This document shows, piece after piece, positions 1-12,435 of a DNA stretch of 64,000 nucleotides (within the stretch, counting starts at the first letter, position 1; each line of letters opens with the position of its first letter). A program made the translations under genes and the position numbers. The notes under the pieces were generated by a model. The model worked only from the letters and a program-made list of their open reading frames with translations, did not search any database and was not told the origin of the DNA. The DNA comes from Raillietiella orientalis (taxonomy: Eukaryota). The stretch is taken from NCBI GenBank assembly GCA_036172245.1, contig JAYWIR010000098.1, forward strand, positions 62,001 to 126,000. The letters run 5' to 3'.

Positions 1-2432
1 GGTGTGGCGAACTGCAAGTCACAAGCCGATCGATCACGTCCTGCACAGCACCGAACTAGATTATCGCATTTAGGCTTTCCGAGACACATTGATTTCTCTG
101 TCCGATCACCCGTTGGTGCGGTTTTCCCTAAGAACGGAGAATCCTCGGCGGAGGCAAGGCACCAGAGCGGCGCTCATCAGCATACCCGCCTGCTTCGAAA
201 CCCATCCCGGACATCAGGCTGTTTTGGAGACGATTTTGAAGTCAACAAGAATCCGAAGAGTCGCCGACTAGGACTACTTGAAACACAGGACACACCTGTT
301 TGCAAATATGCAATTCGGGGATAGGCGCTTGAGGCAGAAGGCGTTCCGGGAGCTGAACATCCAAGATCGCACGCTCTCAAAGTACTTCGATCAGTCAGAG
401 AGTCGGTACGTCTTCAGCAACATAAAAGGGGAAGTCGGCGTGCAGCAGAAGAGAAATCTGGCAACAGATATCTTCTGCATCCAGTACGACGGTAAAGAGC
501 GACAGTCGTCGGTAGATATCGTGGAAGCCTTTCACAGGCATTACACGAAACACTTCAGGCGTCACCATCTCTGTCGCTCTAGTCAACAAGCCTTTCTGAG
601 CTATCTCGAGAAGAGGACCGTCGACTTCCAGCGGGACAGACTGGAGGAGGAATTCTCCGAAGTCGAGGTGAAGACTTCTTTTGGACAACTGCGCAAGGAT
701 GTGGCGGCAGGCCCTGACAGTGTACCCATCACGCACTATCAGCGGTACCTGCATTCCTTCCTGCGTTTGTTCCATCAGTTGACCCTCTGCATCCGTGAAG
801 AAGGCAGACTATCTGAGTCCTCCTACGAGAGTAGGATGAGATTGTTACCAAAAGGAGGCGTCCCAACCAAGATCGCTAAATGGAGGCCAATCTTAATACT
901 GAACTCCGATGCCAAGTGTTTCGCGAAGATCTGGTTCAACAGCTTAGGCAGGGTCATGTCGAAGCTCATCTCTCCGGTCCAAACGTGTGCAGTCCCTCTA
1001 CGTCACATGTCGGACAATGTCAAGTGTGCAAAGGCCACCGTCGGGCTCAGCCGATACGTCGGCGAGAACCTAGTGATTGTGTTCACTGACATGGAGAAGG
1101 CTTTTAACTACATCGACCATGGGATGCTGCTGAAGGTTCTGGAGAAGCTAGGCCTTGCTGAGCACTTCAGAAACTTCGTAAGGGTTATACTTCAAAACCA
1201 GTACTGCCGAATCAAAATCAACGGCCAGGAGACGGCAGCAATCCGGATGGAACGGAGAGTCCGGCAGGGCGATTCGCTAAGTCCGATGCTGTTCATCATC
1301 TACATGAAGGCGTTGTCGTCCTTTATCGAGAAGAGTGGACGAATACAACGCATGACTATCGATGGCCAGCGTCTCACCCATCTGGCATACGCTGATGATC
1401 TACTCTTCTTTATCAAGGGAGAGAGAAATCAACGAGCGCTTCTGGATGTAGTAGACCAGATGGATCTAGGCCTGGGTCTAAAGATCAACGCCCAGAAAAG
1501 CCAGCTCTTGCCCGTTGGAATGCTTGATCTCTCCGCTCTAGCGGGGAGAAGATTCCGAACGGTAGACAAGGTCAAGTACCTGGGTGTCTGCATTGGCAAC
1601 GACTCCGCGTCGAAGCTATTGTGGCCGGAGTTCCTGAGAAAAACAACCAAGGAAGCAGCCAAGTACACCGGAACGGACCTTGGAATGAAGCGGAAGGCCA
1701 ACATATGGAACGGAGTACTCCTTTTAAAAGTGCTCTTCGGGGCGGCCTTTGCAAGGATGAACAAGAACACCACGGGGGAGTTCGAAAAGCTGCAGAGAAA
1801 AACACTGTGGGGCACTATCGCCCAGGAGTTCGACTAAAACCCCTGCGTCGTCCCAAGGAAGAAGGCGGTTCCGGGATGAAGTCTCTTGCACACTCCATAG
1901 AAATCATGGATACGCGATACATCCTGCACATTGCCACTCACTGGGATGACTGGCCGTGTGCGGCGCACAGGGCCTACGCGCTTTTGTCGTACAACTTGAA
2001 AGGCCTGATGACTGCGCTGCTAGGTCGAGCAGAGGAATGAATAAAAATCGTCCCAACCTGGACGAGGAAGCAACGGCTGATGCGAAAGCACAAAATCAAG
2101 ATCGTGCACAGAAGTAAGGAACTCTGGCAGGACGAGAACATCCTTGTGATCCCTTGGATGCTTCCTGTCCCGCCGGACACGAGAAGCTGGATCCACCAGC
2201 GGTCCAGAGTTACCCTAGAACGAATCCAAGAGTGGAGGCGAGGAGGGTACCTACATCACACTCGTATACTTACGTATATAGAGATGATGTTAGGAAGGTA
2301 CACCTACATGATCCGCGAGGTGTGGATCAATCACAACGATCTCGCATGTTCTAGGTTAACCAAAATAAACCTCAGAATACTTATTCAAGAAGACTACCGT
2401 GACATCAGTGCCCTCCAGGAAGCCGTTGATTG
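1..2432 (+). mobile_element. Family-B non-LTR retrotransposon (L1/Tx1-like) ORF2 fragment: endonuclease end, RT and start of C-terminal region
   Basis: Endonuclease terminal motif 'LSDHPLV' at ~100, RT ORF 278-1837, and a C-terminal segment 'KELWQDENILVIPWMLPVPPDTRSWI' homologous to 62702-62953 (-). Cut at ~2432 by a family-A copy. Confidence 0.9.
278..1837 (+). pseudogene. Reverse transcriptase region of family-B LINE ORF2 (frameshifted at both ends)
   Basis: Motifs WRPILILNSDAK, DMEKAFN, RQGDSLSPMLF, YADD and KYLGV. Confidence 0.9.
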
Positions 2433-4148
2433 CCCAGGAGTGACACCTGGGCTCGCCTGTCGCCGTCGGATCCTTGAGGTTAGTTGGAATGTCAACGGGC
2501 TGCGCGACGACGGAAACAGACGGGACACAGCCGCCACGCTGCGTGATCTCGACCTGGCCCTGTTGCAGGCTACCCACGTGATCTCAGCGTCAGACGTCCA
2601 GAAGATGGAGTCAATCGCGGGTGGTCGGTTGTACTGGGAATGCAGTGCCTGCATTATCTGCGGGTTCGCGTTCTTCGTGAAGCCGGCCATCGACGCGGCC
2701 GTGAAGGGCGTGCGTTTCGATGACGATGGTCGGGTCGGTCAGCAGATTCTCAGGTGGTCCGACTCGAACGACTTAATCGTCGCAAAGCTGTACGCCCCGG
2801 GCAACATGAACGGGTGCCGGGAACTTATTGTGTTCCAGGAAACCCTTAAGCGCGACTTGCTGGCCCATACGAACGTGCGGAAGGCACACCTGATAGTTGG
2901 GGATTTTAATCTCCGTCTGCTGTCAGATGAGCCCCAAGCACAAGAACGCACAGCCAACCAGATATGCGCTGCCATGTGCACGCGCAACCTGTTGGCAGAC
3001 GCTGTGGGAATGGACCGCAGCATAGACCGTGTCTTCCTGGATGCTGACCTGCGCCTACAGATCGGCAAACGGGGAAAAGTTGCCTCGACGCTGTCGGACC
3101 ATTCCCTGCTGATTTTCGAGGTATGCGCGCGCGACAAGGGACCCCTGTCCAGGGCCTGACGCCGGCCTGGGGACTGAACGCGACAATTAGGTGGAAAAGA
3201 ACACCTTCTCCAATTTCTGAGAGGCGTCACCCTCCGGAATCTCAAGGTCTAAGACCATTTTAAGGAATCGGACCGCGAGTTCTGCGAGGATTTTTTCTTG
3301 CACCGCCTCTCCCCCGAGTTTGAAAAGGGGACTTGCAACAAAAGGGCCTACTTACAGGCCTGCCGTTATAAGAGAACCTCCAATGTCCGTCGCCTTGCCG
3401 AATAACGAGCCGGGGCCGAGCGTCAAGCCTGGCAATACGGGTCGCCCAGCTTGCTGGACGACGAGGGTAGCGAACCCTCGGCCCAACCCGCGAACAGGCA
3501 CCTCGTGCGACGGTTCTACTCGTCCCTCTACGCCAAAGCGCCACCGGATCAAGATGCCTCTCGGCAATAGCTTCCGGACGGAGCTCGGGTGATAGGGGAG
3601 GTGGAAATGAGAAGCCTCGACGAGCCTATTACTACCGTAAAAATTCTCGACGGTATAAAAAGGCTCAAGAGGCGTGAGGCGCCAGGGGAGGACATCTTGC
3701 CCGCAGAGTTTTTGCAATGCTTCGCGGAAGAGCTGGCCCCTCTGGTGCACGAGTTGACAAGGCTGGTCTGAGACCAAGGCGAAGTTCCCGCCTCGTTTCG
3801 TTCAGCCAGGCTGAGCCTCCTCCCGAAGGGAGGAGACCTCAGGAAACTTTGCAACTGGCGTCCGATCACGATTGTGAACAGGGACGCCAAGCTGATCGCG
3901 GCATGTGGGCGTCGCAATTGTGGCAGGTGTCCAATTCCATAATTAGCCCAGAGCAGACATACGCTGTTCCCGGGCGAAGTATGGATGCCAACCTCTTCTT
4001 CGCGAGCACATGGTTTCATCAACAACGGTATTTAAACCTGAATTTGCGAATAATTAACAATTCCACCTTAAAGGCGCTAGCTGGGCTGGGAATGGACATC
4101 CAGGAAAAGGGTGCTAGCGATCGCGGTCGATCTTCATAAGGCGTTCGA
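2433..4148 (+). mobile_element. Family-A LINE, left part (endonuclease and N-terminal RT); host of the 4149-9703 insertion
   Basis: SWNVNGLR, GDFN and LSDH endonuclease motifs, then WRPIT. Ends at 'VDLHKAFD' in the TSD aaggcgttcga and resumes at 9704. Confidence 0.9.
4138..4148. repeat. Left 11-bp TSD (aaggcgttcga)
   Basis: Identical copy at 9704-9714. The host RT reads across the site (KAFD-C-V). Confidence 0.9.
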
Positions 4149-5811
4149 TTTTCACCGGGATTTCGCCGGGGCGTTTCTTCTAAAATAAACATTTATAAGA
4201 ACGTGCAGTAACTGGACCACTGCTCCAGCCACGCACAAAGAAACACAGAGACTGCCGGGTCATTGGTTTGCAGAGTTGTACGGTCCACCACGGCAGCAGG
4301 GGGAAAGAGGAAAAACAAAATACAAAACAAAAAAAAAAAAGAAAAGTTGGGAGGGTAAGGGAAGGGATAACAGTTGCTGGTGGGGCCGTTGCATCCTTTG
4401 CAGGATGCCGGCAAGCTCCTTCTGTATTCCTGGATCCAGGTGGGGCCATCAACACCCTCCTCAGGAACTGGGAGGCTGGCTGGCTGGCACCCTGGTCGTG
4501 TGTTCCTCGTATAGCCTTGCTCCAGGCGGCGACGATCCCGCGAAGGCAGAACGGGGCTACTAACGAGGCCGCTGGCCGGAAGGCGTCGGCAACGAAGAGG
4601 GCTTTCACAACGTCCCTGGGGTTGCCGCAGGGGATTCCGATGGCGGCGGCAAAGCGGAACCAAAGGGGCCGAAGGGCAACACAATCCACAAGCAGGTGGG
4701 GGAGGGACTCCCGTTCCCCACGCCTGACGCAATTGGGGTCCAACGCTCCCTTGGTCCAGTGGTGTCAGCGGGCGCTGCAGATGAGTCTAAAGTGCTGCAA
4801 CAGGAGAGCCGTCTCCTGCCATTTTAAGAAGAGGGTGGAGGTGTTTATCAGTACCGGGGCCACTTCAAACGTTAAATGGGAACGTCGAGCAGCGCGCCCC
4901 AGCGAAGAAGTCCATGAGGAGGCGTACTCGGGGTGGCAGCGTCAGTTAGCTGATCCGTCTTTCACTCACCTATCTTCTTCAACTTCCCGAAGATTGTAAC
5001 TGCAACTTCCCACTTCGCCGCAACATCGCTGTCCAGATCTTCCATGAAAGAGGGCAGAGCAGCAGCGAGGGGGTTTCTCCCGTCCAGCACTCTCTTCTTT
5101 GGATCCTCCAGGATCTCGCGGAGCTTGCAACTTCTGTAACCCCCAAACAGGAACCTTCGTTCCTGTTGGGAGCGTTGCATGCCGAACTCTCCCCACGTTC
5201 GAACGGTTTCCTGCAGCCAAGCACTACCATTCAAAGGGCGACAGGTGACCAATCCTGAATTTTTTCGGTACAGCGCAGCCACTCTCCGTAGCTAGATTCC
5301 GCATCGGTTGACGCGATGACGGAGTTCAAGAAACGACGTCAGTCCCGTCTTACCGGTGGCTTGCTGGAGAGGGAGACGTGCAGGGACGCACTGACAGGTG
5401 CACCAGAACTCTGGAACAACTGCCGAAATTGGGAACTGCAGCTGAAGCTCCAGCCGTTTAGCGTCAGGAGGCCCAGACCACCGTCCCGACGAGGAGCGCA
5501 CAAGTACTTTGAGCAGACTCGGGCCCTCCCGTTGCCCCAAAGGGCGATACGGAGGAGGTCCTTAGACCGCTTTTTAATCCACTCTGGGGGAGGCAAACAA
5601 AAAGCAGGGGGCGGAGGAGAGGAGCCGCGAACGTGTTCGAAACCGCGGCTTGCCCAGGCAGGATTAACCTGCCGCCTCGGTACGGGCCGATCGCCGTCTC
5701 TTCTTTTTGGAGGCAGCAGGACCATGCTTCCGCAATGGTGTAGTCCCCCAACGGCACACCAAGGTACTTTAAGTCCCTCACCGTGGGGATCTTCAGACGG
5801 ACCCAGTCCTG

Positions 5812-7944
5812 CTATCCTGCCCACGCCGCACCAACTGGCATCACGGACGACTTAGCCCTGTTCACTGTAAGTCCGGTACCCCGATGCAGCAGGTCGAAGA
5901 ACTCCTCGACCGCCGAAGTTAAAGTGGACATAGGGAGCAGCAGCAGAAGGTCGTCCGCGTACGCTGAAACGGCCGGAGTACAGGCAAAGTCGTGAGGCAG
6001 GTGCGCCAGAGTTCCCTTGTACGCTCTCAGTACAATCTCAAAGTAGGTACTGAAGAGCAAGGGGCTCAGGCTGTCTCTCTGCCGGATCCCACGCCGCACC
6101 TGCACGCCGTGCACGGTCTGTCCGCTGAAGGTAACGTTGATGAGCGCTTCGCGACAGAAGGAGCGCAGATAGGCCACTAATAAGGCCGGGAACCCCAAGC
6201 GTTCCAGAAGCTTTAGAAGGAGATTCTCGTCGACCCAATCGAATGCTTTCCGTAAGTTGATTGCAACCGCAAGGGCTCCCTCCCCCACCCGACCATCCAA
6301 CCTCTTACCGGCGCACGCTTCGAAATTCCGGCTGCGCACCAAGCTCCTTTCATGTTGGAGCTTTAGCCAGGTGAAAGCGTGGAACAGGTTTGCCTCCATG
6401 CTTCGCCCGGGAACAGCATATGTCTTTTTTGGGCTGATGAATATGATGGCAACCCGTTTCAACCTCTCTGCCAAACCCTTAGCTAGCAACTTGGCGTCCG
6501 CATTCACTATTGTCATGGGACGCCAGTTGTTCATGCTCCTCAGATCTCCTACCATAGGGAGGAGCCGCACCTCTGCTGAACGAAACGAGGCGGGAACGTC
6601 ACCTGTCTCGCGTATCAGCAAGGTGAGTTGCTGTACCAGGAAGGTAAGCTCAGTCGCGAAAGTTTGGTAAAACTCCGCGGGCATGCCGTTCTCTCCTGGA
6701 GCCTTGCGCCTCTTGAGCTTTTCGATGGCCGAGAGGAGCTCGTCCATCGTGAAAGGCTCGTCGAAGGTCTTTCTCTGCAACTCCCCGATCGCTGGAGCGC
6801 CTTCCGGAAGCAGGAGTCGTAAGACGTTCCTCTTCATAGGTGCCCTGGCATACAGGGAGGAGTAGTAACTCCGCAGCAGTCCGCGGATTTCGGCGGGTGC
6901 CGAATGCTCCTGGCCCTGATCGTCCAGCAGGCTGTCCCATCCGGACCTCCAGGATTGCCTCTTAGCTCCCACTTTGTATTGCGCCAGCCTGCGGATGTCT
7001 AGGGTACTGGCGTAACGACGGACCTGCAGGTAGGTTCTTTCGTTACGAACCCCGGTCCCAAAACCCGTAGGTAGGCGGTGCAGAGGGAACTGGTCGCAAA
7101 GCTTTTGGACCGACCGCTTCAAGCGGTCACAATCTTGGAGTGTTTGCAGCCTGAAGCTCCCTATGAACGTGCGGAGATGTTCCGCCGCGTCCGGGAGCTT
7201 CAGCGAGCTCCCTGGGAGACGCCACGCTGACGAGGGAAGGCCCCTGTCGCGCGGATGGATCTCGAGGACTAGCTGGCGATGGTCGGACAGCTCGCACAGT
7301 AACTTGCCGCGCCTGCCCACGCGAGGGCACAGGTGCTCGTCAAGAAACACGTGGTCAATGCTGTCTTCCATCCCCGGTGCACTGGCCAACAAATTACGGG
7401 TGTGCACCGCCATGCACACCTCGTTGACCAGCTCACGCTCGAGATTCTGCCCATCTGGTTTCAGGCGAAAGTTGGAATCGCCTGCAACCAGATGGGCATT
7501 CCGCACGCCTGCTCCGGTCAGCCGGTCTCGGCGGAGGGCAAGGAAAAACTCTTTCCTCGCCCTCCTGGTCATCAGGTCCGCGCCGCTCGGTGCGTACACG
7601 TTCGTGACGATCAGATCGATCGAGTCGGACCACCTGAGAGTCAGCTGGCCGACACGACCGTGATCGTCGAACCGCACGCCCCGAGCCGCAGCCTCGACGG
7701 CTGGCCGAAGCAGGTAGGCGACACCGCAACTTTTCGCTCTCCCACACCTGTACCATAGCCGCCCTTCGGAGATCCGTTCGATCTCTTGCGCTTGTTCTGC
7801 AGAGATCACGTGGATCTCCTGCAGCAGCGCAAGGTCGTAGGACTCCAGAAGGGCGGCCATGTCTCGTCTCCTGCCGGCGTCTGTCATGCCGTTCACGTTC
7901 CAAACGGCGATGCGCAGACGACGGCGGGAGGACATTCCCGGCAT
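5812..7944 (-). CDS. LINE ORF2 endonuclease plus RT (710 aa open; the rest is broken by a stop and frameshifts)
   Basis: VWNVNG, LQEIH, NVYAP, IDHVFL, LSDH, WRPMT, RKAFD, RQRDSLSPLLF and YADD. Confidence 0.9.
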   Translation of the reverse strand: MPGMSSRRRLRIAVWNVNGMTDAGRRRDMAALLESYDLALLQEIHVISAEQAQEIERISEGRLWYRCGRAKSCGVAYLLRPAVEAAARGVRFDDHGRVGQLTLRWSDSIDLIVTNVYAPSGADLMTRRARKEFFLALRRDRLTGAGVRNAHLVAGDSNFRLKPDGQNLERELVNEVCMAVHTRNLLASAPGMEDSIDHVFLDEHLCPRVGRRGKLLCELSDHRQLVLEIHPRDRGLPSSAWRLPGSSLKLPDAAEHLRTFIGSFRLQTLQDCDRLKRSVQKLCDQFPLHRLPTGFGTGVRNERTYLQVRRYASTLDIRRLAQYKVGAKRQSWRSGWDSLLDDQGQEHSAPAEIRGLLRSYYSSLYARAPMKRNVLRLLLPEGAPAIGELQRKTFDEPFTMDELLSAIEKLKRRKAPGENGMPAEFYQTFATELTFLVQQLTLLIRETGDVPASFRSAEVRLLPMVGDLRSMNNWRPMTIVNADAKLLAKGLAERLKRVAIIFISPKKTYAVPGRSMEANLFHAFTWLKLQHERSLVRSRNFEACAGKRLDGRVGEGALAVAINLRKAFDWVDENLLLKLLERLGFPALLVAYLRSFCREALINVTFSGQTVHGVQVRRGIRQRDSLSPLLFSTYFEIVLRAYKGTLAHLPHDFACTPAVSAYADDLLLLLPMSTLTSAVEEFFDLLHRGTGLTVNRAKSSVMPVGAAWAG

Positions 7945-9600
7945 TAGTGCTGGGAAGATTAAGGTGTGGGAGAGCCCGCCCCTTGCAAGGCGGGCGGGAT
8001 GTCCATGGTTGTTTCGGCCTTCTCAGGTACCTGAGGCACCTGTTCGGCCTCCACTCCCTCCATCCCCTCCGTGTCCGTGCATGGGGGTCTCTCAGGCGAA
8101 GGGTCCCGAGAGTTTCCCACGCTCATGGTACCCTCGCTTGCGAAAGCCATCTCTTCCCCTTCGACGGGGGAGACGAGCTTCCTTGGCTTTGTGGACTTAC
8201 GTCCAGCCTTCTTGCGCGGTGCCGTGGAAACGGAAGCTGTGCTTCCGGCCTCTACCTCGGGGTCGGAAGTGTGGTCTTCTGAGGGGAGGCCCGACGCCTT
8301 ACGGCATTCTTGCCAGCCTTGCAGGGTTCTGGCTGCAACGAGACTGCCAGCTCCTCCACGGCTCGCTTGAAGGCTACGTCACCGATGGTGGTGTCGATGA
8401 CGGACGCCGCCGGCGGCTCGCTCCCCTCGCTGTTGACAGTTTTATCAGAGGGTTTGTCGTTGGTAGTGGCGAGTTCTTTTCCGCATCGGTCGGGAATACG
8501 CTCCACAACAACGCTGTATTCTTTAATTTGCTCGCTTGCCTGCTGTGTTTTCTGGCGGTACGCTAGCTTTTTCTCCATCCTCCTCTCCTTGTTTGATTTT
8601 TTGGCCGTAGCCACCTGCCACTCAGGCTTCTGGCTAGTTTCCTCGACTTGTTCGGCGTTGTTCGTCGGGGTCTCAGGTGCGGCCTGGGCCTTGCGCTCGG
8701 GTGGCACAGCCTTCGCGGCAGCTTTCTCCGCCACCCTTTTCTGCAGAAGCCGGGCACGTTTTTTAAGGTTTCTCTTGGAAACCACCCGCACTGGTGCTTT
8801 AGGACACATCTCCCTGGTGTGTCCCATGGTTTTGCACACTTAGCACTGCACATTGGGACACCTCTTTTTGAGGTGGCCCGACGTATTGCAGAAGCCACAG
8901 TATTTCGGCTTCCCCACATATCAGAGGTCGACGGTTTCGCCTCCGACCACCAATTTGTGGGGAAGAGTGCAGCTTTCCCTAAAAATCACGCGCGCAGCCG
9001 TGAGGCCGTGTTGCAGCCCCGTGTAGTCCTCGAAAGGACTAACTTTCGTTCACTGCGCGTGGAGCGTTCCAAATTGTTCTAGCCCGGCGCGAACCTGTTC
9101 TTTGCACATTCGCGCGGTTACACCTAACAGTTGGACCACCATGCTGCAATCCGCCGTAGTGGGGAGGAGCCTGCGCGTCCCCATCACAACGGGGGTTTTA
9201 AGCAGTCGTTGGGCCAGCTCTGCTTGTTTGCAGATGACCTCAACGTACTGACTCCCGCTGCGGATGATCATAGCGCTGAGCTCCTCCTCTTTCACATCGA
9301 GAGCGCGAAGGTCTTTCGAGAAGGCGCGCGCGCTCTCTAAAGAATATAAATTGCCTACCTTGTAGTACAATGAGAAGTTGTACCCCTCCTCTACATAGGC
9401 CGACAATTCCGCCGCGGCTGCAGGTGATGGGTCCGACACAACGGCGCTCCACGCCCGCGCTGCAGCATGGACCGATTCTGTGGAAGCGGATGCCCCCACC
9501 TCCATCGCCTCTGGGGGCGACGTTGCCGCCGCCTTCTGGCTGTGCATCGCCTCTGGGGGCGGCGTTGCCGCTGCCCCTGGCCATCCCTGGTGGTCGCGTC
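7944..9600 (-). pseudogene. LINE ORF1 (gag-like, CCHC knuckles, basic and low-complexity C-terminus), disrupted
   Basis: ORF pieces 9050-9547, 8252-8839 and 7959-8150, with CGFCNTSGH and CKTMGHTREMC knuckles. Homologous to 17106-18857. Confidence 0.85.
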
Positions 9601-9703
9601 AGGCATCGCTGCTTGATCGACCACCGAACCACATGACGCTTGCACTGGGAGAGACTTCCTGGCACGAGGAGCACCAAGAAAACACGTCCACCCTTGAGCA
9701 CGC

Positions 9704-11799
9704 AAGGCGTTCGACTGCGTAGACCAGGATCTCCTGCTGGAGCTTCTGGGTTTCTTGGGCTTCTCACCTTCCCTTCTCTTCTACCTGCGCACATGCTGAC
9801 GCTGAGCGCTGATTAATGTACATTACATTGGAATCACAGCGTACGGCGTGCCGTTGCGGCGGGGCATACGTCAGGGCGACAGCCTTAGTCCCCTGCTTTT
9901 TAGCACCTTCTTGGAGTTGGTGCTGAGAGAGTACAGGGTGACTTTGGCTCGCTCGCCCAGTTCGTGCTTCGGCATGCCCGCTGTTGCACCATACGCCTAC
10001 GATCTTCTGCTGATGTTGCTCATGTCCATCCCGGCAGCCGCAGTCGAGGATTACTTGGATCTGCTAAGCCACGGGACTGGACTGCGTGTTAACAAGGCGA
10101 AGTCGTCGATGGTAGCGGTTGGTGCGACCTTGGTCGGACGGCCTAACTGGATCCGCTTGGGGATCCCCACGGCCAGGTGCCTGAAGTACCTGGATGTCCC
10201 GTTGGAGGAATTTTGCTTTGCAGAAGCCTGGTCAGGTCGTCTCCAAAAGGTAGCGCTGGCGATCGTCCCGTTCCTGGAAGGCAAGTTCCTTCTGCCGGAA
10301 CGGGCCGCGGTTTGAAACGCATTCGCGGCCCCCATTCTACGCTACTACATTTTGTTTTCATAATCCCTATTCTGTCGAAAAAACGGACGAAGGACCTTCT
10401 ATGTATTGCCATTTGGGGCAGCGGAAGGTCCCGAGTGAACTTGAAAGACATAAGCGCTCCTCGTCGGCACGGCGGTCTCGGCCTCCTGAGGCTGGAGCGC
10501 TTGGAGTTCCAGCTACGATGGCGCACTTTGGTCATCGCAGCGAAGCTGTGGAATACCTCTTGGTGGGTTACGGCCCGTTTTCTTGTCAGCCTTGTTTTCG
10601 GGACGCAGGGACAATCTTCTGTGCCGCGGCCGGAAGGTTAGAAGATGCGGCCTCCTCCTCGGAAGCATGGAAGCCCAGGTGAGAGAGAACGGTTGGATAG
10701 TATGCAGCCCTGCCAACTCCTCCTCTTGGTTGGAGGAAACCCTTGGAACGTCAGCAAAGTTGAACAACACTTGAGAGGTAATCTGCAGCCGCCTGCGATT
10801 CGGCAGTAACGCCTGCTGCACTCTGCGGTCCACTTTGCTGTGTCCCATCAGAAGCAAGTAGGCGGAGACCAGGCCTTTAGCTACGGAGCTGCCCTCTCTG
10901 TGTAGGGCTATTACCAGCGGCCGTACGCCGAAGTGGCATGTCTCCTGCCGGATCTCAGGACGAGAGAAGATGTTAAACGGTTGGACCAAGGGTGTACTGG
11001 CGGATGCCACGTCCCCGAGTGCCCTTTCGCGAGGACTTGCAAGATGGAACGAGCTGCTTGGCATCCCGTCAGATGAATTGAAGTTGCCCCGGGTTTTAAT
11101 TGGAGCCAGGATTCTCCCCCAGAAGTGGCAAGATTCGGCGCTGCTGACGTTGCATTGGGGCCTGAACTGCAATGCGCGCTGCTTCCACTAGACCCGAGAG
11201 AGAGTGAATCCTCAGTGTGCCCGGTGTGGGGAGAAGGAGTCGCTCTCCCACCTTGTTGTTGAATGTGCTGCCCTCCGACCCTTGTGGGAACGGTTTGGGA
11301 CGACCCTAAGACTCCCTACGGGCAGCGCGCCCAGAGACTTTTTCCGCCTCCTATTCGTGCGGGACGCCCGGCAGCCAGCCGCAGCCGTGGCAGGATTATG
11401 CTGCATTCGCGGCATCGTTGCGGCGTGAAGTGATACACGCGACGAAGAAGTGGACCAGAACGGGAGGGACGTCATCCCGTATGCTGTTCGCTTCCTGACG
11501 AGAGCTTCTGGATGGCCCTAACTGGATACAATTCGGATGGACTTAAAGGGATTCCTTCAAAGGAAATGTTCTCCTCTCAGTGCACAGTGATCCATTTTTA
11601 GCCCTCCAGCTTCTGTTTGTTCTCCTTACTTTTTTTTTTTTTTGTTTTCTCCCCATACTTTCCACTGCCAAGGAGAGCCACGTCGGGCTGCGTCCCGGCA
11701 TCCCGGCAGGTCCTCTGTTGTATGGCCGTTAGTAAGGCCTCGTACCACGTTTGTAGAATGTTTTTTTAATAAACGCCCAGAAAATACCCGGGTGGAAAA
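9704..11799 (+). mobile_element. Family-A LINE, right part of the host copy (RT, C-terminus, 3' UTR)
   Basis: Starts at the right TSD. Contains RRGIRQGDSLSPLLF and CARCGEKESLSHLVVEC, and ends aataaacgcccagaaaatacccgggtggaaaa. Confidence 0.9.
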
Positions 11800-12425
11800 C
11801 ACAACGAAGGTGTTGGGCTTTCGCCACATCGCGAAAACGCTGGCGAATTTTCAATTTCAGCGCGGATGGCGTTCTCATCAATCCGCACTGTTGTCCCGGT
11901 AAGGTGAACCACAATGGAGTGGTCCACAGTGTGGGGGAGTGAATTCCTGCCCTCAAATTGTGCGGGCGTGCAGAGCATTTTGTATGTAAGAGCTGCATCC
12001 TTGCGGATGAGCTCCGCCAACTGCCCTCCACTCCGTATCGAGAGGCAAAGAATTTCATGGTCGCAATGCCGATCTTTTTGATGGCATTGCCGAACTTTCG
12101 CGCCCTTAACGGGGAATATAGATTTCCCACCTTGTACAGGAGGGCTGAATTGTAGCCTTCCTGGATGTAGGATTGTATTTCGGCGGCGACATCGGGCGTT
12201 CTCGTCGCTCCCACCACGCTTCAGGCCCACGCCGTAGTGGCTAGGGAAGATTGAGAAGTGGTGGTGTGGCGTGATCTCATTTCCTTCGGCTTGGGAGACG
12301 CGGTCTTTTTGCCTCTCTCACCTGGAACTGCGGCGTACACAGGCATTTCTGCCTGTCAACGGCTGCAAAACACACACGAAACATCAAAAAAGAAAAACTC
12401 CCTATGCACAGAGCGCACAAAATTT
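11800..12425 (-). mobile_element. 5' UTR and N-terminal ORF1 fragment of a family-A LINE
   Basis: 'IQEGYNSALLYKVGNLYS' is homologous to the ORF1 N-terminus at 9050-9547. Confidence 0.8.
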
Positions 12426-12435
12426 GCGTCCGGCG

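Larger units (their letters stand above)
4149..9703 (-). mobile_element. Full-length (~5.55 kb) family-A LINE bounded by an 11-bp TSD
   Basis: 5' UTR (tggacgtgtttt), ORF1 with Cys knuckles, ORF2 5812-7944 plus a frameshifted C-terminus (CVRRGERESLPHLLVDC), T-rich 3' UTR, terminal hairpin and AAAA. Confidence 0.93.

Noticed and set aside
2080..3159. 359-aa ORF as a novel endonuclease fusion gene
   Set aside because: It is a chance in-frame junction of a family-B C-terminus with a family-A endonuclease at ~2432.
278..7944. Bacterial RT systems (retron, DGR, group II intron)
   Set aside because: The APE endonuclease, gag-like ORF1, TSDs and 5' truncations identify eukaryotic non-LTR elements.
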